64,000 bases of DNA from a virus: IMG/VR virus record IMGVR_UViG_3300028029_000006, positions 88,236-152,235 of that record. One strand, 5' to 3'. Below, one piece after another: positions 1 to 9,000 of the stretch (position 1 is its first letter; each line of letters starts with the position of its first letter). Under the pieces are notes generated by a model that saw only the letters and a program-made list of their open reading frames with translations, was not told the origin of the DNA and made no database searches. A program made the translations under genes and the position numbers.

Positions 1-1
1 T

Positions 2-1057
2 ACTGAGTCTGATGTAGAATTTCAGGTGATTGATTCTTCAGATCAAAGCGCAAAGATTCTTTTTACAGATGATTTAGCTCTTGATACTGGAGATACTTTG
101 AGAGCTACAGTGGTAGATACCAAAGATGCTGATTTCTTTGATGTTGGTTGGTTAAACGCTCTTGAGTCCTTAGAATTAATTGAATGTGATATTGTAGTTC
201 CACTACCTACGCAAACTATTAGTGCTATTTTCCAAAACTCACGAATTCATGTTGAGACAATGTCCAACATTAAGAGTAAAAAAGAGAGAATGCTATTTAT
301 TGGAGCCATAAATGGATTAACTCCAGAAAATGTAATTGGAACTTCTCCTGCTGCTGTTGAAGATATTGGTGTTCTAGAGGGGATTCAGGGTGATGAAACA
401 TCTGAAATCTTAGCAGGTAGCGTTGAAGATCTAACTGATTATGGAGTACAGAATTCATTTGGTGATTCTTTCCGAGTGGTTTATTTCTACCCAGATCAGA
501 TTGTTGTTCAAGTTGGAGCTGATAGAGCCATTGTTAGTGGTTACTACATGGCAGCCGCTGCAGCTGGTTTACTTTCAGGAATTCCTTATATCGCAACTCC
601 TCTTACCAATCGTACTTTAGCTGGATTTACAATCTTACGTAATAGATTGTTTAGACCTATTACGATTGAACAGATGGCAGCTGCAGGAATCACTGTTGTT
701 CAACCTGCAATCGGTGGTGGACGAGTTGTTTGGGGTAAAACTACCACTAACTCACTCTTTGCTGAAGAAGAGGAAATTAGCGTTGTATTCATTAGGGATA
801 GAATTGCTAAGAGTATGAGAGCAGCTTTCCAGTTTTTTATTGGAACAGCAGAAACTCCAACTACTCAAGGATCTTTAACGGCTATTGGTAATAAGATTTG
901 TCAAAGTTTTGTGTCTCAACGTTTAATTACTACATATCAAGATTTGGTAGTTAGGAGAGATGGTTCAGAATCTAGGCAATGGAATGTTACAGTAAAGGTT
1001 CAGCCGGTACTACCAATAAACTGGATTTTTATTAGAATTGGTGTTGGAATTCTTTAA
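2..1057 (+). CDS. Contractile tail sheath protein, C-terminal part (5' truncated by window edge)
   Basis: Frame is open from position 2 (TESDVEFQ-VID...). It ends in the sheath C-terminal signature WNVTVKVQPVLPINWIFIRI and contains RVVWGKTT and VVFIRDRIAK. It lies directly upstream of the tube. Confidence 0.85.
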   Translation, partial: TESDVEFQVIDSSDQSAKILFTDDLALDTGDTLRATVVDTKDADFFDVGWLNALESLELIECDIVVPLPTQTISAIFQNSRIHVETMSNIKSKKERMLFIGAINGLTPENVIGTSPAAVEDIGVLEGIQGDETSEILAGSVEDLTDYGVQNSFGDSFRVVYFYPDQIVVQVGADRAIVSGYYMAAAAAGLLSGIPYIATPLTNRTLAGFTILRNRLFRPITIEQMAAAGITVVQPAIGGGRVVWGKTTTNSLFAEEEEISVVFIRDRIAKSMRAAFQFFIGTAETPTTQGSLTAIGNKICQSFVSQRLITTYQDLVVRRDGSESRQWNVTVKVQPVLPINWIFIRIGVGIL

Positions 1058-1066
1058 TATTGTTTT

Positions 1067-1103
1067 AAATATAGGGGTAATTTAAAACTATCCCTATATT
1101 TTT
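1067..1103 (+). terminator. Probable intrinsic terminator after the sheath gene
   Basis: AAATATAGGGGTA-9 nt loop-TATCCCTATATTT stem followed by a T-run, just after the sheath stop. Confidence 0.65.
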
Positions 1104-1165
1104 AGTTTAACTAAAATAATTCTTATGAATATTTTAACATAAAGTTAATTAAGAATAAATATAAT

Positions 1166-1183
1166 GCATAAATATATTTATGC
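1166..1183. promoter_or_regulatory. Perfect 18-bp palindrome upstream of the tube gene
   Basis: GCATAAATATATTTATGC is its own reverse complement. It lies about 8 nt before a GAGGT Shine-Dalgarno and the ATG at 1204. Confidence 0.45.
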
Positions 1184-1203
1184 TTAACTACGAGGTTTAA
1201 ATT

Positions 1204-1821
1204 ATGCCCAGAAATACTGGAACACAGATCTTTGATCCGCAAGGGAACAATAGAACAGGTACACATTTATCTACCAACATTGTAATTATTGTTAATGGTA
1301 ATCCTATTGGAGCCATTCAAAAGATGACCATTACTGAGTCAAGAACTTTGAAGATGATTGATGAGGTAGGAACTGATGGCCATATTGATTCTGCACCAAC
1401 TGCTTCAACTGATTATGCAATTGATTGTGATCGTGTTCGTTTTAATCGAATGAGAGTTGCAGAAGCTTTTGGACGTGGTTTTATTCATCTTAAATCTCAA
1501 AGGATTCCTTTTGACATTGAGATCCATGATAGATTTGCTGATGCAGATCCTGGAAATGCCATTGTTACTACTATTCAAAATTGTTGGATGGAAAATATTT
1601 CCTACAATTACGCTGCAGATAATTTTATTATCTCTGACAATTTAAAAATGAAAGCTGAAGATATTTTTAGTGTTTTTAGCGGAAGTAACAATGTTGTTGG
1701 TCCGTTTAATGCCAGAGGAGAACCGATTATTATTAATCCGTTTGAGCAAGAGGCAGATCGGGGAGTCTATAGAGGTAGTTTGGACCAAAGCGGGCTATTA
1801 AACGCCTTCTTAGAAGGATAA
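1204..1821 (+). CDS. Tail tube protein
   Basis: Sits between sheath and chaperone. The pattern IVIIVNGNPIGAIQ...EVG...DRVRF...FDIEIHD...TIQNCW resembles myophage (SPO1/K-like) tube proteins. GAGGT SD present. Confidence 0.8.
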   Translation: MPRNTGTQIFDPQGNNRTGTHLSTNIVIIVNGNPIGAIQKMTITESRTLKMIDEVGTDGHIDSAPTASTDYAIDCDRVRFNRMRVAEAFGRGFIHLKSQRIPFDIEIHDRFADADPGNAIVTTIQNCWMENISYNYAADNFIISDNLKMKAEDIFSVFSGSNNVVGPFNARGEPIIINPFEQEADRGVYRGSLDQSGLLNAFLEG

Positions 1822-1887
1822 TAGTTTGGGTTCACTATTTTTATTCTAAAGTTTAAGATATTAATAATTAATAAGGCGTTTAAAATA

Positions 1888-1922
1888 ATTCACTTCGTTT
1901 TTACGAGGTGAATGTTATTTTT
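1888..1922 (+). terminator. Possible intrinsic terminator after the tube gene
   Basis: ATTCACTTCGT-TTTT-ACGAGGTGAAT hairpin (one G-U pair) followed by GTTATTTTT. Confidence 0.5.
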
Positions 1923-1988
1923 AATTAAAATGCAAATCTTATATAAGATATATATAACTGCACAACCCCAAAATTAAAGAGGTTATTT

Positions 1989-2717
1989 ATGGTTGATATT
2001 AATAGTCCATTAGGAAGAATGACAATGGCTGAAGAAAATGCTCGTCTAGGAGGCCAACAAGGCCAAAGGCAGACGTTTACAGTTGATGACGGGACCCAGC
2101 CGGTTCAACAAGCTCAAGCTCCTCAGAGGAGAAGGACACAGCGGCAAGCATCTTTAAGTCAAGATGCTCAACAATTTGCTCAGGATATGTTTAATGAGGA
2201 TTTGGCTCCAACGGGAGTTACACATCAAATGGAGTTTAGAGGAACAGAAGCTTTAGGAGAATTGAAGAAAGTAAGAAACTCATCAGCAGATAAATATGCT
2301 GGAATTAGCGCTGCGGCTAGACAAAGAGTAGAGATACTTGCAGGTTTAGGTAGAGTTATTGATGAGTGTGATATTGAAGGTACAAAATTTACAATGAGGT
2401 CACTTAAAACGGTTGAGGAGAAAGAAATTCTAAAATCTATTTTTGAGGGAGAAGATAGTGATAGAGTATCTATGAATTACAAGCATAGAATTAATGCTTT
2501 AGCAAGAGCTGTAACTCATATTGATGGTCAGCCAATTAATTTAGTTTTAGGTTCTAATGACATATCAGTTAGAATATATTTGTTTAGCGAAATGGATGAA
2601 CCTGTTACAGATTACATGTATAAATGGTTTGAAAAAAATATTGTCGAAGTAGGTGTGGGAAAATTTAAATTAACTCAAGAGGATGTGGAGGGGTTAGTTG
2701 AAGATGTAAAAAAATAG
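1989..2717 (+). CDS. Tail assembly chaperone (gpG-like)
   Basis: Between tube and tape measure. It ends at GTA AAA AAA TAG, an A AAA AAA slippery heptamer. Confidence 0.75.
   Translation: MVDINSPLGRMTMAEENARLGGQQGQRQTFTVDDGTQPVQQAQAPQRRRTQRQASLSQDAQQFAQDMFNEDLAPTGVTHQMEFRGTEALGELKKVRNSSADKYAGISAAARQRVEILAGLGRVIDECDIEGTKFTMRSLKTVEEKEILKSIFEGEDSDRVSMNYKHRINALARAVTHIDGQPINLVLGSNDISVRIYLFSEMDEPVTDYMYKWFEKNIVEVGVGKFKLTQEDVEGLVEDVKK
2708..2714 (+). other. Programmed -1 ribosomal frameshift site (A AAA AAA)
   Basis: Seven A's immediately before the TAG, with an open -1 frame, at the canonical lambda G/GT position. Confidence 0.7.
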
Positions 2718-3073
2718 TTAAGGAATCAGATCATAGGTTTAAATGGCATTTATGTAAGACGTTTCAGAAGTCTCCAGACGATCCCTGGTTTGAGGAAATG
2801 AATCCTTTATTATATTTATGGATGTATGAAAGTTGGATTCAAGATTTAAGAGAAGATAACGAATCTAAACGTACTTATGCTATTTTGACTGGTTCCTTTG
2901 CTAATATGGAATTAGCTAAAAAGATGATTGATAAAGAAAACCCAACATTCCAATCATCAGATGAAGATTTTGAAGAGACTTATAGAATGATTGAAGAGGA
3001 TGTTGCTAATAAAGAATCAAAAACAAGACGTAGAGCAAAGAAAAGAAAACGATATGGTGTAATGAATGGCTGA
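2708..3073 (+). CDS. Frameshift extension of the chaperone (gpT part of a gpGT-like fusion)
   Basis: The -1 frame is open from 2708 (KKIVKESDHRFKWHLCKTFQKSPDDPWFEEMNPLLY...) and is continuous with the ORF called at 2798. Confidence 0.7.
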   Translation, partial: KKIVKESDHRFKWHLCKTFQKSPDDPWFEEMNPLLYLWMYESWIQDLREDNESKRTYAILTGSFANMELAKKMIDKENPTFQSSDEDFEETYRMIEEDVANKESKTRRRAKKRKRYGVMNG

Positions 3074-5123
3074 TGATTTTAGTTTAGATGGTTTAAAGGA
3101 AGCAGTTGTAGATATTAATGATCTTAAAGCTGCCGCAACCGATACATCGGCTATTGTGTATTTTAAAGATTCAATTAATGATGTTAGTCAATCAGTTAAA
3201 GATTTAAGTAAAACATTACCAATGCAATCTAATTTAGTAAAAAATTTAACAAGTAAATTTAGTGATTTTACCCATTTAAATTCTAGTAAGTTTTTTACTG
3301 ATATGAAAACTAATTTTGCTGAAATGAATGAAAGCGGTGAATTATCAAGTAGGCAATTATTAAAATTATCTGGAGGTATAGCTGCTGTTTACGCTTCTAG
3401 TACTAATAAATTAGAAATTTCTGGAGAATTGGAAAAAATTAGTAAAGAAGCAAGTGAATCTTCTGGCCAATTAAGTGATGTTTATGATAAAATTATGAAA
3501 TTAATTCCTGGAGGAAAAAAATTAAAAGAAGTTTTGAAATCACAAGGTGTTGATCCGGGAAATACTTTTAAACAAGCTGATCATGCTAGAAATTTAGAGA
3601 CGGCTTTTCTTAGACAAGCCACAGCAGCAGGAGATTTTGAGACTGTAATCAAATCATTAAGAGGTAATTTTGATGGTCTTGGTGGAAAAGTAATTGGTTA
3701 TACAAATCAAATGGCCAATGTAGCTAATGCTAACAATATTAGTTTTGATTCTGCAGTTAGATTATCAAATATGTTAAGAAAAATTCCTGATGCTTTAGAT
3801 ATGACTGTTAGAGTTGGTGGTGAATCAGGTAAAACAATGAACATAATGAATGCAGCATTAAAGGTTGCTTCAGGAACTGGTCAAGATTTTAAAGATGTTA
3901 TTGGGGATATTAATCTTGTTTTGCTTAATTTTAATTCAACAGGTACAGACGCTTTAGAGTTTGTTTCTAAATTACATACAGCAGCTTCTGCAATTAAAAT
4001 GCCTATGGATTTAATGCGTTCATTTGTTGGAGATGCGGCAAAACAATTTAGATTTTTAGGTGATAATACTGAGTCAGCTATTAATATTATGTCAAGATTT
4101 GGTCCCGCATTAAAATCATCTGGAGTTGGGCCAGAAGGAATTAAAGATATTGTAGGAAATCTTATTAGAGTAACTTCTCAATTAGATGTAGCTCAAAGAG
4201 GTTTCGTTTCTGGTCAAACTGGGGGTCCTGGTGGGTTGCAGGGTGGTTATAAGATGGCTCTCGCAATGAAAGAAGGGAAAATGGACGATGTTTTTTCAGA
4301 TGTAGAAAAAACATTAAAAAAAATGATGGGTGGAAGATTAGTTGGGTTAGAAGATGCTGCTACTAGTTCTGTTGACGCAAATCAAATGGCTAAACAAGTT
4401 CAAATGTTAACAACTGGACCATTAGCTATTGCTAGTTCTGAAGGGGAAGCTTTTAAAATTATCGAAGCTTTTACAAAGGGAATGCCTTCAATGGAAGATG
4501 TTTCTGCAGGAATGGGATCGAAAGAAGATATTTTAGCCGAATCAGTTAAAACAGGAAATGATATTCAAAAACATCAATTAAATGCAACTAATGCAATTAG
4601 AAATGAGATTGAAAAACAAAGTGTTTTAGAAGCTTTTAGTTTAGATGCTCTTTTAAAAATGTCTTCAGGTAAAGATAGTAATATAGGTCAAATGGCTTTA
4701 AAGAAAATGAGCGAATCGCAAAATGTATCTAATAGCACTAAAGTGATATCTGGCGAGCCAACAGATTTAGTTAGTGAAATAGATAAAACTTTATCTTCAG
4801 CAAAAGATCTTGCTAATGATGCTTTATCTTTAATGCCTTTGGTTGGAGACACTGTTAAGAAATTAATTAAAAGTGATTACCAAGGTGATGTAGCTAAAAA
4901 TACAGCTAAAGATATTAATGCTGGTGCGTCTTCAGTTGAAAATCATAAAAATCAAGAAAAGAAGGCTGTTGATGGTAGATCAACTGGCGAACCAAGTACA
5001 ATTATTATTAAAGTTATGTCAGATAAAGATGTTGAAAGAATTATAGAGGTTAAACTTGATGAATATGGTAAAATTACTAGTCATAAAGAGGCTGCAGCAT
5101 CTTATGGACAGTCTGGACGATAA
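3066..5123 (+). CDS. Tape measure protein
   Basis: 685-aa Ala/Gly/Met-rich helical protein directly after the G/GT-like chaperone and before the baseplate genes. Confidence 0.75.
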   Translation: MADDFSLDGLKEAVVDINDLKAAATDTSAIVYFKDSINDVSQSVKDLSKTLPMQSNLVKNLTSKFSDFTHLNSSKFFTDMKTNFAEMNESGELSSRQLLKLSGGIAAVYASSTNKLEISGELEKISKEASESSGQLSDVYDKIMKLIPGGKKLKEVLKSQGVDPGNTFKQADHARNLETAFLRQATAAGDFETVIKSLRGNFDGLGGKVIGYTNQMANVANANNISFDSAVRLSNMLRKIPDALDMTVRVGGESGKTMNIMNAALKVASGTGQDFKDVIGDINLVLLNFNSTGTDALEFVSKLHTAASAIKMPMDLMRSFVGDAAKQFRFLGDNTESAINIMSRFGPALKSSGVGPEGIKDIVGNLIRVTSQLDVAQRGFVSGQTGGPGGLQGGYKMALAMKEGKMDDVFSDVEKTLKKMMGGRLVGLEDAATSSVDANQMAKQVQMLTTGPLAIASSEGEAFKIIEAFTKGMPSMEDVSAGMGSKEDILAESVKTGNDIQKHQLNATNAIRNEIEKQSVLEAFSLDALLKMSSGKDSNIGQMALKKMSESQNVSNSTKVISGEPTDLVSEIDKTLSSAKDLANDALSLMPLVGDTVKKLIKSDYQGDVAKNTAKDINAGASSVENHKNQEKKAVDGRSTGEPSTIIIKVMSDKDVERIIEVKLDEYGKITSHKEAAASYGQSGR

Positions 5124-5135
5124 ATGGAATAAATT

Positions 5136-6068
5136 ATGCCTTTAGTACCACCATTACAGTCTAGTGATATTTTTGATATCTCTCAACAATTATTGGGAAG
5201 AAATCCCCAACCAGCTAATGGTTTTCAAGCAGCCAGCGTTCCAACAACAACTGGTTTAGGAACTAGAACTGGGCGTCTTCCAACTGAAGTAATTGCTTCA
5301 TCAACTAGAAAAATGGTTCATTGGTTGGTTCCTGAAGGGCCGATTGTTGAAATGTATATTAATCCTCAAAGTATCGTCACTAATCATAAAAAAAATATAA
5401 CATCTCAAAGAACTAAAGGTGGTTTCTCTTTACAGTATTGGGGAGAAGATCTTACTATACTGAATATTTCCGGGACTACAGGTACAAGTGGTATTGAAGG
5501 GATTAATGTTCTTCATGATATTTATAGGAATGAGCAACTAGCTTTTGATCCTTATGCTTTATTTTTAGCTCAAAAACAACAGCAAGAAACTTATGCTGGA
5601 GATGTTTTTGGTATTGGTTCTGCATTATCTGGTTCTTCAGCTGGAGAAATTGGAGATACATTTGTTAATTCTTTAATTGGTGCATCAGAAGAAGCTTTTC
5701 CTCAAGCGGCTGGTCAAGCCCCAACGTTGGCTTCATTAGCTTTTCAGGTAGAAATGTATTGGAGTGGTGAGGTTTACAGAGGATATTTTACATCTTTTCA
5801 AGTAACTGAAAGTGTTCAGAATTTAGGTATGTTTGATTATCAAATAGGTTTTACAGTAACTCAAAAGAGAGGTTTTAGAAGAAACTTCTTAGCTTGGCAT
5901 CGTAGTGCTGTATATGGTCCCAGTAATTCTAACCCAGATTTTGGAACTCCGCATAGTTTTGGTAATTTAATTGATGGAAATATTAATGCTCCGAGGAAAA
6001 CTGCTCAACTTGATGTTATAGATCAACTTGAGAGTTTAGGTGAAGAATTTGCGAGTTTATTTGGGTAA
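5136..6068 (+). CDS. Tail tube initiator / baseplate protein (gp48/gp54/gpU-like)
   Basis: MYINPQSI...QRTKGG...QYWGEDLTILNISGTTG and YRGYFTSFQVTES...FDYQIGFTV pattern, located after the tape measure. Confidence 0.65.
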   Translation: MPLVPPLQSSDIFDISQQLLGRNPQPANGFQAASVPTTTGLGTRTGRLPTEVIASSTRKMVHWLVPEGPIVEMYINPQSIVTNHKKNITSQRTKGGFSLQYWGEDLTILNISGTTGTSGIEGINVLHDIYRNEQLAFDPYALFLAQKQQQETYAGDVFGIGSALSGSSAGEIGDTFVNSLIGASEEAFPQAAGQAPTLASLAFQVEMYWSGEVYRGYFTSFQVTESVQNLGMFDYQIGFTVTQKRGFRRNFLAWHRSAVYGPSNSNPDFGTPHSFGNLIDGNINAPRKTAQLDVIDQLESLGEEFASLFG

Positions 6069-6073
6069 TTAAT

Positions 6074-9000
6074 ATGGGTTTTTTAGATAGTCTTAGCTCT
6101 TCGCTTTTGCAGCAGTCTGGTTTAGCAGAAAATACTCCTGGAAATTTAGATTTCAAAGGTAGGCCATTTGGTAAATTAGGTGATATTGCTAGTAAAATTG
6201 ATGCAACAGCACAACGTCAGTATATAGAAACTGGTGCAATTAGAAATATACGACCACGAGCATCAGAAGTATTGATGCAAGAACCAGATATTACAGTTGT
6301 AATTAAAAAAAGAATTTTCGCTTCATTATCAGAAAATTATCGCACTGATTTAATGGATAATTATGAAAAACTTTTTCTTAGAGCTACAAAGAAATTATTT
6401 CATAATAAAATCAGATTAATTTCCGCTTATGAACGATTATCTAAATTTGATAGGATAGCTTCTAAAAATGAAGGTATTATTAGCGACTATGCGTTACCTT
6501 TTATTTTTGATTCTGTAGATATTATTTCGAATTCTCCACTTAGTGGGATTATTGATAATAATACACGCGCTGTGTTAGAAACTATTAGAAAAGTTAAGAG
6601 GTTTTCAGACCCTCAATTTTTTACTACTTGGAATATTGCTTCAGAGCTTCCTTATGCTACCGAAACTGGTGAAGGAACAGGTACATTCGATTTAACTTTA
6701 GTTAGCTCTATTGATACTACTAATAGTGTTAATTTAGGTGGCGGCAGTGCTAATATTACTATTGAAGATCCTTATAAGTTAATGATTATTACTGAGCAGG
6801 ATATTGAGCAAGCTCTTTCTGATTCAACAAGTTTATTTAAGCAAAATAATTTTTTTAGATTCTCTCAAAATCAATTAGGTAAAACTAATCAAGATCTTAA
6901 AGATCGTTTAACTCAGATTAGACAAAGGCGTGGAGCGGCTAGTATATTTTTTAAAATTCAAGAAAATACAATTTTATTTAAAAAAGTTAGGGCTATTATT
7001 GATGAAGAAGGAAGAGAAATTGATTTCAGTTTTGATGGTGGGGTGCTTGGAGTTGATCTTTTAACTGGAGGAGATAGTTCTGTATCTATAGATTCATTAG
7101 CTTTTGAAGGTGATAATGGTTTACAAGGACAAGAAACTAATTTATTTAAACAAATCGTTAATAATATTTACTTGTTATTAGGTTTTGCTCAAACAACTCA
7201 ATCGCAAAACAGGGAATATAATGTAAAAACAAATTATATTCGTAAAAAAATGTTTTTGCATTATCATGGTAAGCCTATTATTCAACCAATGGATACAGTT
7301 ACTATCTTTGCGTCATCAAAAACAATGACTGACTCTAAAGTAACTCAAGGTTTAAAACATAATTTCGCTCAAAATTCATTACTTAACAATATTAATGATA
7401 CTATTTCTAATATAGAATCTAGTTTTAATAATATTAAAGACACTTTTAGTGGTGGAGGTAGTGGTACATCAAATTTAGAGCAAGAAAAAAATGCTATTGC
7501 GGGCCCAGCTTTTCCTTTATGGCTTTATGGGTTAATGAGAAACGATTTTACTAGACAAAATTCTGGAACATGTGTTTTTTCTGGTATTTGTGATGTTGCG
7601 CCTCATAGATATGAAGCCAACAGTGGTAAATATGTTTTAAGTGTTAGTTGTAATGATAATACTTCATTCATGAATATGGGGCAGATTAATGTTAACCCAT
7701 CTGTTGAGGTATTTAACGGATCATTATATGATCCTTTAACTCCTTTTAAATCTGATTTTGATGAAGCTTCTGGTTTTGATAGAGGTGAATTCCCAACTCT
7801 TTTAGATGCCAATGTTAGGCTTCTTAATTCACGTTCAGTTAGAGCTAAATTAGGTAGACGGAGAGGTTCCAGTATTAATGAGTCTACTTTTCAGTTGTCT
7901 GATACGGAAAATGTTAATTCAGGTCAAGGTTTTGAATCTAATAAGGCTTTTGGAAGAAGATCTAGAAATAAATTTCATCCTCCAGACGGTTTTGTCTATC
8001 GTTGGAAAGAAGGTATTGGTTCTTTAGTATTGTATGGAGAACCTCATTCTCAATTTGATGTTAGTTTAGGCTCTTTCAAGGCTGAAACTTCACCAAATAT
8101 AACTCAAAACCAATATGCTGGCCAAGATGTAATGAATGTATTATCGTTATTGATAACTGGGCAGCCGTATAACTATAATAATTTTGTTAAAGGATCTGTT
8201 GAGTTTGCTAAGCTTCAAAAAAATGATTCAACTAATAAAAATTTATCTTCTTCCTTTTTTAAAGGTTTAATAACTCAAATAACAGATCAAAATGCTACTT
8301 GGGGTAATTTTATTCCTTTTAAGAAATTAATTATTAATGAAAGAGCTTATCAGTTTTTAGCTAGTGGTCAAGTAGACTTATCTGTTAAAAATGAAAGGTT
8401 AAATTCTCTTTTAAGACAAAGAGCTGAAACTTTTGATGAATTAACTTCAGTTGCTTCAGGTTTCGCAAACTCTCCTCAAAATTACAGAACTGGAGCTGAA
8501 GGAAATGTTGAAGGTTTAGCTGATGATAATATATCAGCTCTTAATGATTTTGTATCAAGTTTGAAACAATTTGATGAACAGATTAGACAAGCAGAATTGG
8601 CTTTTAGCGAAAGTATTGATAATGTCAATTTACAATCAGATGAAGGTACATTGGGTATTTTTGGTGATGATATTTCGTTTGATCCAGCTGTAACTGGTAT
8701 AGGTAATGAGGAAAATGAAGAAAAACGTAGACAAGAAAGAAGTGATTTAAGGAGTCGCCTTAATCATCTTACTCGTAGAAGAATATGGAAAGTTAGAGGT
8801 AATGAAGATCCTAATTTATTCATTGTTGATGATTCATATGACAAAAACTATGATGTTCAAGCTTTTGAAAAGGCTTTATCTACAAATCTTGAATTATTTA
8901 ACAGTACCTACAGTAGCGTTTTCGACCAGGTTAAGATTGTTTCTAAATTAATAGGATTAGAAGTTTTTGCTGACTCTCAAGGTCATATTCAAGCAAGACC

